This document shows positions 26,798-33,453 of a DNA stretch of 33,453 nucleotides, one piece after another. Origin of the DNA: Bacillota bacterium. Lineage in GTDB: Bacteria; Bacillota; Clostridia; Acetivibrionales; DTU013. The stretch lies in the NCBI GenBank assembly GCA_023411645.1, contig JAEYON010000104.1, positions 1 through 33,453 on the forward strand, given 5' to 3'. A program made the translations under genes and the position numbers. Under the pieces are notes generated by a model that saw only the letters and a list, made by a program, of their open reading frames with translations, made no database searches and had not been told where the DNA came from. Within the stretch, counting starts at the first letter, position 1, and every line of letters starts with the position of its first letter.

Positions 26798-29458
26798 TTA
26801 TACACCCCTGTAGTAATGACCTTTAGTGAAGCCTTCTGCTTTAATGCGTTCCACAAGAGCACTATGTGATGCCATCTCATCACTGTCGCCGGCTGCCGCC
26901 GCTCTGAACAACTGAACCAGCTCTTTTAATTCCTCCGGCCGCTCATCCAGAATATATAGCCTGAAAATGTTTATTCCGGCTTTTCTGAGACCGTTTATCC
27001 CATCAGGCACAAAAAGCACATTGGAATTTAAAATAGTACTTCTGCAATCCACCGCATCACATAATATGGGGAATTCAATTCCAAGCCTGTCCTTCAGCAT
27101 GTACTCCCCCTCCCTGCAGCAGCCGCTGCATTTTGAAGAAGCGTTGTACCCACCTGCGGCACAGCCCACAGGACAGTACTCACTGATCATAAGAGGCAGC
27201 CTGCCGTAAACCGCAGCTTCCAAAGCCGGGCGGGACAAAAGGCTTGAAGAAAGTTCATGAATTTGCTGCAAAGTCATTTCAAGAGAAAGAGCAGCGCTCT
27301 CCAGGCCAAGCTCTGACGCTTCCCTTACGGACAAGGCGTTGAACAGATTCATCGAAATATCTCCTGCCAACCGCAAACCCTTCTCTCTGAATCCGGCAAA
27401 TGTACCAACGTTCCCTGCAAGTATTCCATCAAAGCATGAATCCTCAGATACCCCGAAACTGCCTGGTTCTCCTGTTCTTCCGGGTTCTCCGGCATTTTCC
27501 AATTTCTTAAGGAATCTTTTAATAAGTTCTTCATAATTCCCCCGGGTGATAGAAGGTATCCACCCAAACACCTGCACACCTTCTGTTTTCAGAGAGGATA
27601 CAACATCCCTGAATCCTGGCTTTTCAAATGCCGCAAAAGGCAGATAAACTCTATCTGCGCCTAGGCCTGAGAGGTTTGTATTCCGGTTCCATTTATAGAA
27701 GTAGAGTGAAATAGCAGAACGATCAGCTTTCAACGACCCTCCGCGAGCATAATATCGCCCCTCCGACGATTCGGACTGTTTGAGCAACAGTTCGGTTTTC
27801 GGGAGTAACGGTTCGGATTGTTGGTGTACTCGATCAGGCTGCCTTAGTATTTCATCCAGCCGCCCGGATATATCTACATCTGCGCGCTTTCCCGCATATC
27901 TGTCGGCTCTGGCTTCCAACAGCCTGTCCAGAACTTGTCGTCTGACTTCATTTATCTCACTGACAGGAATGGACAAGCCATCCTCAATATCTACCTCCAG
28001 ATTCCCGAAGCTAAAGGGTGTCGCACCTGTTTTACGCAGCTGCTCCTCCAGCCGCTCCGGCACTAAAGGCCTGTTTATTGCCTTATCTGCCAACACTGTT
28101 CCAGCGGCCGTTAATCTGTGTCCACTGTGATCATCCACCTCTATTAAAAGCGGTTTTCCCTCTCTTAAGGATACCCGCCCCGTGATTTCGATTCGTTTGT
28201 TGTTTTTTCCCGAGAATGACTCACGGGCAATCCTGTTCAGCCTAATGTCTGTCGTCTTATAGACACAAACGCCGGTTGCTATCCTGCCCCGGATGGGACC
28301 GATTTGAACAAAATCACCTTTCCCGGCGGACTTCAGCTCCTGCTTCCCTTTTCTGACAGAAGCAACCGTACCGCCAGGACTGTCGGAACTGCCTGTCCAG
28401 ACCTCAACCCCATCGCCTGTGGAAATGCTATCCTCCAGCCTTATACTGATCATCTGTGAACCGCTGTCATATGCCGCCGTCTTCCCAAGATAAATACCGC
28501 TGTTATTCGGCTTCTCACAGCTCATCATATCGGCGCCGGTCTTCCCCTTCATATAGCCGGAGGAAAACCCGCCTCTATTGAAAATCTGCAAAAGATCGTG
28601 CCGGTCTGCCTGATCTATTTCCGGCTGTCCAGGCTCCCCCCGGCTAATCCTTCCCATAGCAAGATCGATATATTTTCTATAAATCCGCACCACTGTGGCA
28701 ACATATTCAGGACTTTTCATCCTGCCTTCTATTTTTAGGGCACTTATTCCCGAGGACAAAATATCCCCGATGAAGTCCAAGGAGCAAATATCCTTCGGGC
28801 TCAAAAGATACGAGTTTTTTTGTGTGCCCGCCTGACATGAACCTACCAGTTGATATGGCAGCCTGCAGGGCTGAGCACATTTCCCCCGATTCCCGCTTCT
28901 GCCGCCGATCATACTGCTCATAAGGCATTGACCCGAATAGCATACGCAAAGAGCTCCGTGGATAAACGCCTCCACCTCAAGTTGGGTATGCCGCGCTATA
29001 TTCGACATCTCCTCCAATGTTAATTCTCTTGCCAGCACAACTCTGCTCAGGCCCATTTTTTCAAGAACACGTACCCCTGACAAATCATATACCGTCATCT
29101 GCGTGCTGGCGTGGAGGGGCATGTCAGGCATTATATGACGCAGTGCGGCGACCAGTCCGAGATCCTGTACAATAATGCCGTCAATACCTGCATTTCGCGC
29201 TTGTACGGCAAACTTGAGCGCCTGCTCCATCTCATGGTCTGATAATAGCGTGTTTAATGTCAGATAAATGCTGACACCTCGTGCATGAGAATAATTCAGT
29301 TCCTCCCTCAGAACATCAATATCAAAGTTGTCCGCCTGCTGCCTGGCATTGAATAGCTTTCCGCCCAGATATACGGCGTCAGCGCCGTTTTCCACAGCCG
29401 CGTGCAGAGCCTCCCGGCTTCCTGCCGGAGCCAGCAGTTCAATTTGTTTTTTCATCAT
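26798..29458 (-). CDS. U32 family peptidase, long form (peptidase U32 domain plus a C-terminal DUF3656-like extension).
   Basis: It has U32 collagenase-family motifs (ELLAPAGS, EAFIHGALCVCYSGQCLMSSMIGGRSGNRGKCAQPCR) and is 886 aa. Confidence 0.8.
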   Translation of the reverse strand: MMKKQIELLAPAGSREALHAAVENGADAVYLGGKLFNARQQADNFDIDVLREELNYSHARGVSIYLTLNTLLSDHEMEQALKFAVQARNAGIDGIIVQDLGLVAALRHIMPDMPLHASTQMTVYDLSGVRVLEKMGLSRVVLARELTLEEMSNIARHTQLEVEAFIHGALCVCYSGQCLMSSMIGGRSGNRGKCAQPCRLPYQLVGSCQAGTQKNSYLLSPKDICSLDFIGDILSSGISALKIEGRMKSPEYVATVVRIYRKYIDLAMGRISRGEPGQPEIDQADRHDLLQIFNRGGFSSGYMKGKTGADMMSCEKPNNSGIYLGKTAAYDSGSQMISIRLEDSISTGDGVEVWTGSSDSPGGTVASVRKGKQELKSAGKGDFVQIGPIRGRIATGVCVYKTTDIRLNRIARESFSGKNNKRIEITGRVSLREGKPLLIEVDDHSGHRLTAAGTVLADKAINRPLVPERLEEQLRKTGATPFSFGNLEVDIEDGLSIPVSEINEVRRQVLDRLLEARADRYAGKRADVDISGRLDEILRQPDRVHQQSEPLLPKTELLLKQSESSEGRYYARGGSLKADRSAISLYFYKWNRNTNLSGLGADRVYLPFAAFEKPGFRDVVSSLKTEGVQVFGWIPSITRGNYEELIKRFLKKLENAGEPGRTGEPGSFGVSEDSCFDGILAGNVGTFAGFREKGLRLAGDISMNLFNALSVREASELGLESAALSLEMTLQQIHELSSSLLSRPALEAAVYGRLPLMISEYCPVGCAAGGYNASSKCSGCCREGEYMLKDRLGIEFPILCDAVDCRSTILNSNVLFVPDGINGLRKAGINIFRLYILDERPEELKELVQLFRAAAAGDSDEMASHSALVERIKAEGFTKGHYYRGV

Positions 29459-29610
29459 TACTCCATAGTTTAAGCAGATTTCAATTGTTTATAACGACCT
29501 AATTCAAAACAATTTTTTCGTTTGCCGAAAAAATTTATTTCATAAGAGGAGTTTCAACGAGGCACCGCAACTTATAGAAATGGGGATATCTTTGTTGCCT
29601 CGTTATTAAC

Positions 29611-29648
29611 AAAAAACCGCTCCGCAAAGAATATCTCTCAGCGAAGCG
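29611..29648 (-). terminator. Probable terminator downstream of zapA.
   Basis: On the minus strand the stem is CGCTTCGC...GCGGAGCG (8 bp, one mismatch), followed by GTTTTTTGTT. Confidence 0.4.
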
Positions 29649-29667
29649 ATCATATTGACATTATATG

Positions 29668-30117
29668 CTACTCCCTTACTTTTTCGGTCTTGTCCAGCAA
29701 ATTGCGAACCTCGCCAAGCTCCGCTTCCCGCTTGGCCAACTCCAACTTAAGGCTTGTATTCAGGCCACTCAATGTTGAGTTTTCCTGCATCAGTCGCTGT
29801 CTGGCCTCTCTGAGTTCTTCCAGTTCCTCAAGAGCCTTTTTCAGCTCTTTTTTAGTGTTAAGCTCGCTTTCGCGGCATTTGAACAAATCATCACAAACAT
29901 TTATGGCCGTAAGAACAGCAGCTAATGACGTGCTCAGTTTGTTGTTGACCCTCATGATATCCGTCATTTTTTTGTCGATATAGTGTCCGATTTTATGTAT
30001 ATATTCTTCCGGTTCCACTCCGACTATAGTATAATCTTTGCCAGCTATTCTCAGCTCTACCTTGTTTTTGGAAGTCAAAGCAATCAGCATCCTTTCGGCA
30101 GCGCTCGTAAAGATCAA
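29668..30117 (-). CDS. zapA: Cell division protein ZapA with a C-terminal coiled-coil extension.
   Basis: The ZapA core is VELRIAGKDYTIVG...LAAVLTAINVCDDL. The track start at 30117 is TTG; the internal ATG at Met10 is an alternative. Confidence 0.7.
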   Translation of the reverse strand: MIFTSAAERMLIALTSKNKVELRIAGKDYTIVGVEPEEYIHKIGHYIDKKMTDIMRVNNKLSTSLAAVLTAINVCDDLFKCRESELNTKKELKKALEELEELREARQRLMQENSTLSGLNTSLKLELAKREAELGEVRNLLDKTEKVRE

Positions 30118-30263
30118 GCTTTTCTATCAGGACAGCCCACGTTTGAGTCATCGCAGGACTGTCCCATATCATTATACTATATTGCGGCAAAAAAGCATAT
30201 AATTTATCGTTTTTGATATTTTATTATCGATTTTTGCTTTGTTAAGCAATCTTACTATTGATA

Positions 30264-31691
30264 TTATGCCTCTTTTTCTTCCGGCTTTACATCTTCTTTC
30301 ACTTCTGCATAATTTCTCAATATGTTCGTAATGTCAATGCCGGTCAAACCTTTGACCGTTTCAGGCAGTTGGGCAAGAATGTTGGTAACATCCTTTGTAA
30401 TCTTGGAAGCCCCTGAATCGCCGATCATGACAATTTTTTCCGTCTTGGACAATGGCTGCGCGATAGCTGATGCAATCTGCGGCAGTTTCTCGATGACCAT
30501 CTGGGCGATTGCAGCATCGTTGAACTGCTTATAAGCTTCCGCCTTTTTAGCCAATGCAATGGCCTCCGCTTCACCCTTTGCCTGAATGATTTCAGCTTCA
30601 GCAAGACCGGCCGCTCTAATAGCCTCTGCCTTCGCCATTCCTTCCGCTTTAATTGTGTAGGATTCGGCCTCCGCCTCCTTGGATTTTTTTACCCTATCGG
30701 CCTCGGCTGTGATTTCCGTCCTATATTTTTCTGCTTCCGCAGGCTTTCTGATCATAGCGTCGAGTTCCTTCTCTTTTCTCAGCGCCTCTTGCTCCTGAAG
30801 CTCGATCTCCTTCTGCTTCTTTATGATTTCAACCTTCATGGCTTCCGCCTGAACATCCTGCTGGATAACATATTTTTTCTTGTCGTATGAAAGGTCTGAT
30901 TCTGCCTTGATTTCATTGATTGAAGCCTGGTAATCTGCGACCTTCATTTCTTTGTCTCTGTTTGCTTCGGCTATCCTGGTTTCAGCAAGATACTTGGCTG
31001 TCTGACCTGCCTGCATGGCTTCAGCACTTTTAACGTCAGCATCTCTCTTTGCCTCAGCCTGGCCGATGACCGCATCTCTCTGAACTCTTGCAATCTGGGC
31101 TTTACCTAAGCTTTCAAGATATCCATTTTTATCGGCAATCTCTCTGATAGTGAAGGAAATAATTTTAAGTCCCATGTTCGCCAGATCACCGGCAGCAAGC
31201 TCCTGTACCTTCTGCGCGAATGCGTCCCTGTTCTGGTTAATCTCTTCGACGGTCAGATTTCCGACGATGGAACGCAGATGGCCCTCAAGCGTCTGTGTTG
31301 CAATACGTTTGATTTCTTCTTCTTTAAGGCTCAGGAACTGCTCTGCTGCAGTTGCTATCGCTTCGTGAGACGAATCGATCTTGACCTGTGCTATACCGTC
31401 AACAGTTACTTGAACACCTTGAGAGGTATAGGCGCTCGAGCTCACGTCAAGCGGCATGATTCTCAGCGAAATTGTCTTTGCGATTTCCAAAACAGGCCAA
31501 ACAAAGGTCGCCCCACCGCGTACAATCCTGAATCCTACAATCTGTCCGCTGGGAAGTCTCTTTTTGCGTCCCGATACGATCAGTGCCTCGTCCGGTCCCA
31601 CCTTAACATATCTTCCGACAAATACGGAAATGAGGATAAAGATAACGACGACCAGCACTATTGCAATCAAGACAGGTATTAAAAATTCCAT
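30264..31691 (-). CDS. floT: Flotillin-like SPFH/band-7 protein (FloT/YuaG-like).
   Basis: It has an N-terminal TM segment, an SPFH domain and long EA-rich coiled-coil repeats. A GGAGG RBS lies 8 nt upstream. It is co-oriented 17 nt downstream of nfeD. Confidence 0.85.
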   Translation of the reverse strand: MEFLIPVLIAIVLVVVIFILISVFVGRYVKVGPDEALIVSGRKKRLPSGQIVGFRIVRGGATFVWPVLEIAKTISLRIMPLDVSSSAYTSQGVQVTVDGIAQVKIDSSHEAIATAAEQFLSLKEEEIKRIATQTLEGHLRSIVGNLTVEEINQNRDAFAQKVQELAAGDLANMGLKIISFTIREIADKNGYLESLGKAQIARVQRDAVIGQAEAKRDADVKSAEAMQAGQTAKYLAETRIAEANRDKEMKVADYQASINEIKAESDLSYDKKKYVIQQDVQAEAMKVEIIKKQKEIELQEQEALRKEKELDAMIRKPAEAEKYRTEITAEADRVKKSKEAEAESYTIKAEGMAKAEAIRAAGLAEAEIIQAKGEAEAIALAKKAEAYKQFNDAAIAQMVIEKLPQIASAIAQPLSKTEKIVMIGDSGASKITKDVTNILAQLPETVKGLTGIDITNILRNYAEVKEDVKPEEKEA

Positions 31692-31708
31692 TAAAATTCC
31701 TCCAATTT

Positions 31709-32446
31709 TTATTTATTTCCAGCATCACTGCGTGGAGTTTCACGTTTGGTATCAATGAGCTCTTCCTCGATTGTTTCGATATCATCGAGGGTCAGCTTAC
31801 GCTGCACATATGCAATATTGGTCGATATTTCCCTGATGATGACCACAGAGCCTCGCCCAATACCTTTGCCGTCAGTAGATCTGGCAGAGATGGTGCCGCG
31901 CGTTCCATTGATATAATAGGCGATTTCTCCCAGACCTGTTTCTGGCACCGGAGTTGTGATTTCCGCTTCAGACCCGACCAGGTCATCCAGTGAAAAAATA
32001 GTATTGGATTGAGAACCATACATAAACTTGACGATTCCAAAGAATATGGCCGCTCCAATAACACCTGCGAACGCCAACGCAACGATTGTACTCATCAAAC
32101 CATCCAGGCCAAAGCCCTTCATGGATATGAGGCCAACTGCGCCGAACGCCGTAATGGCACTTGCCAGGACCAGCGGGTTAAAGGGTGACGGAGAATCTGC
32201 AGAATCAGCGCTATGATGTACGTCGGCAGTATGAGCCAGGTCCGCAGCATGTGATGCATCAACTCCATGTGCAAAATCACCAATATGGCCTGGGACAACA
32301 TCATGTCCTATTTCAATACTGTGATCAAAGCCTGCATGTCCTAAATTAACATCATGCCCGAGGTCAACACTGTGGCCGAGGTCAATATCATGTCCTATAT
32401 CTGCTCCGCCATGATCCGCACTGCCATCATGCCCGCCTAATATCAA
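31709..32446 (-). CDS. NfeD-like membrane protein (YuaF-like) with a His/Asp/Gly-rich N-terminal extension. It has a TTG start.
   Basis: The C-terminal OB-fold region and two TM helices match NfeD short forms. The N-terminal residues of about 5-85 are (GHD/LGH)-rich. The only in-frame start upstream of TM1 is the TTG at 32444-32446. Confidence 0.6.
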   Translation of the reverse strand: MILGGHDGSADHGGADIGHDIDLGHSVDLGHDVNLGHAGFDHSIEIGHDVVPGHIGDFAHGVDASHAADLAHTADVHHSADSADSPSPFNPLVLASAITAFGAVGLISMKGFGLDGLMSTIVALAFAGVIGAAIFFGIVKFMYGSQSNTIFSLDDLVGSEAEITTPVPETGLGEIAYYINGTRGTISARSTDGKGIGRGSVVIIREISTNIAYVQRKLTLDDIETIEEELIDTKRETPRSDAGNK

Positions 32447-32569
32447 CGAAACTGCGGAATAGAAGATACCGAATGCAAAGCACCCGATAAATACATAAAG
32501 CAGGAAATCACCTCCCTCTCCGTCTCACTGCTCCTTTCATTGTAACATACTTGTCCGGACAATTACATA

Positions 32570-32586
32570 ATAGATCAATGATCTAT
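32570..32586. promoter_or_regulatory. Perfect 17-bp palindrome ATAGATCA-A-TGATCTAT in the nfeD-floT promoter region.
   Basis: The arms are at 32570-32577 and 32579-32586. It is flanked by TTGTCCGGACAA (a 12-bp palindrome at 32551-32562) and a TGTATACTAT -10-like element at 32588-32597. Confidence 0.4.
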
Positions 32587-32645
32587 CTGTATACTATACG
32601 GTCATAAAACACAATAGTCTTTCAAAAAATATTTTATTTGTGAAA

Positions 32646-33453
32646 TCATTGCTGAGCGATATTCAATATTTTCCCATCGTCAGGATTGATATACACCAGC
32701 CAGTACCCGAGGGTGCCGTACCTGGGTTTGCTTCTTTGTGTCTGCACCCATGTGCTAAGCTCCCCAAATGGCTTGCTGTCTACCATATGCATGCCAGGTA
32801 CACCGCATACTACATAACGTTTGCCATTCATATGTGTAAAGATGCCAATAATGAGATGTCTGTACTTGTAGTGCGCCAACATTACGGCTGGGTTAAACAT
32901 AAGTGGGGACCGTATATTGTTCTGGTACAGAATGTTATTTAAATTCACCGGATTTGTGACCTTCCACCAATCATAGTCACTTCTGTTACTATGGAAAGGA
33001 TCGCTTTTTTCGAAGTTATTGTCAAGCACGTCTTTTAGCATAGACAGATCTCCGGGGAGCTCAGGCGTAGCCTTTTCCGAGTGGCATACAGTGCATGCTC
33101 CGCAGGGACTTGCCATATTGGGCGCGCTTTGAATAAATGCGCCGCACATATTCCCATTCAAATAAACACATCCTGTATTGATGTTGTTCAGCTCCTGCTG
33201 TGAAGGTTGTAAGTGCTGTACTGGTTGTTCACACTGTACGGGCTGTTCGCACTGTACTGGCTGTTCACACTGTACGGGCTGTTCGCACTGCTGGAACTCT
33301 TCCGGATGCGGTGACTCTTCAGGCTGAAACTTATCACCCGCAATACCCCATTCCGAATTTTCCGATATGATGTCTTCAGCTTCATTTTCAGTCACATGTG
33401 CACTACTGTTCGCATTTTCTTCCGCATTCTCTGTTGTATTCTCTGCCGCATTC
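32646..33453 (-). CDS. Hypothetical protein, 5'-partial (the N-terminus lies beyond the window end). It has an acidic E/N-rich N-terminus, four CEQPVQ repeats and a Cys-containing C-terminal domain.
   Basis: The ORF is open to the window edge: the GTG at 33393-33395 is preceded in frame by ...NAAENTTENAEENANSSAH. The 18-nt tandem repeats run 33217-33288. The C-terminal domain is CVYLNGNMCGAFIQSAPNMASPCGACTVCH...GYWLVYINPDDGKI. Confidence 0.6.
   Translation of the reverse strand, partial: NAAENTTENAEENANSSAHVTENEAEDIISENSEWGIAGDKFQPEESPHPEEFQQCEQPVQCEQPVQCEQPVQCEQPVQHLQPSQQELNNINTGCVYLNGNMCGAFIQSAPNMASPCGACTVCHSEKATPELPGDLSMLKDVLDNNFEKSDPFHSNRSDYDWWKVTNPVNLNNILYQNNIRSPLMFNPAVMLAHYKYRHLIIGIFTHMNGKRYVVCGVPGMHMVDSKPFGELSTWVQTQRSKPRYGTLGYWLVYINPDDGKILNIAQQ
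33217..33288. repeat. Four 18-nt tandem repeats (CTGTACkGGyTGTTCrCA) that encode (CEQPVQ)x4.
   Basis: The units are at 33217-33234, 33235-33252, 33253-33270 and 33271-33288. Alternating units are identical. Confidence 0.85.

Noticed and set aside
26140-26826. 228-aa plus-strand ORF antisense to dut.
   Set aside because: The minus-strand frame has all five dUTPase motifs. This frame has no recognisable domain and is an artefact of the GC-rich region with few stops.
26319-33288. Tandem repeats considered as a possible CRISPR array or VNTR locus.
   Set aside because: Both repeat sets (42-nt x2 in dut, 18-nt x4 in the last gene) are in frame within coding sequence. They have no spacers and no leader, so they are coding repeats and not CRISPR.

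Overview
The window reads as a chromosomal segment of an endospore-forming Firmicute, with moderate GC by eye. The evidence for that is an alpha/beta-type SASP gene, a YtxC-like sporulation gene, DUF1540 and DUF378 small proteins, an NfeD-flotillin operon and an Lpl-type sugar ABC transporter. I cannot say whether it is a Clostridia-like or a Paenibacillaceae-like organism. The clearest accessory element is a bacterial group II intron on the minus strand. Its IEP is at 67..1320, its RNA 5' portion runs to about 1948, and its 3' end lies off the window start. It sits about 290 nt downstream of an ogg-DUF3343 operon in the same orientation.

The rest is mostly minus-strand housekeeping and carbohydrate genes:
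- an Fe-alcohol dehydrogenase;
- an HprK-like P-loop fused to an Asp23 domain (an unusual architecture);
- a YtxC-like protein and a GME-fold-like protein;
- a divergent small-protein cluster (DUF1540, DUF378, SASP);
- a YebC regulator;
- a sensor-less single-TM histidine kinase convergent with a 744-aa membrane-anchored AraC one-component regulator;
- a five-gene locus (GDPD, FAD oxidoreductase, large lipoprotein SBP, two permeases);
- a yigZ / CoA-binding operon and a NUDIX hydrolase;
- a 6-phosphofructokinase with a PPi-type motif;
- a response regulator with a degenerate GGDEF domain;
- a dUTPase with an internal insertion that carries a 42-nt tandem duplication;
- a long-form U32 peptidase, ZapA, flotillin, and an NfeD with a His/Asp-rich N-terminal extension;
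- a 5'-partial repeat protein with four copies of CEQPVQ.

I see no CRISPR array, rRNA or tRNA. I could not identify a clear-cut novel system such as a defense island. The most unusual items are listed under findings. All homology calls come from motif recognition by eye and need a database search to confirm.
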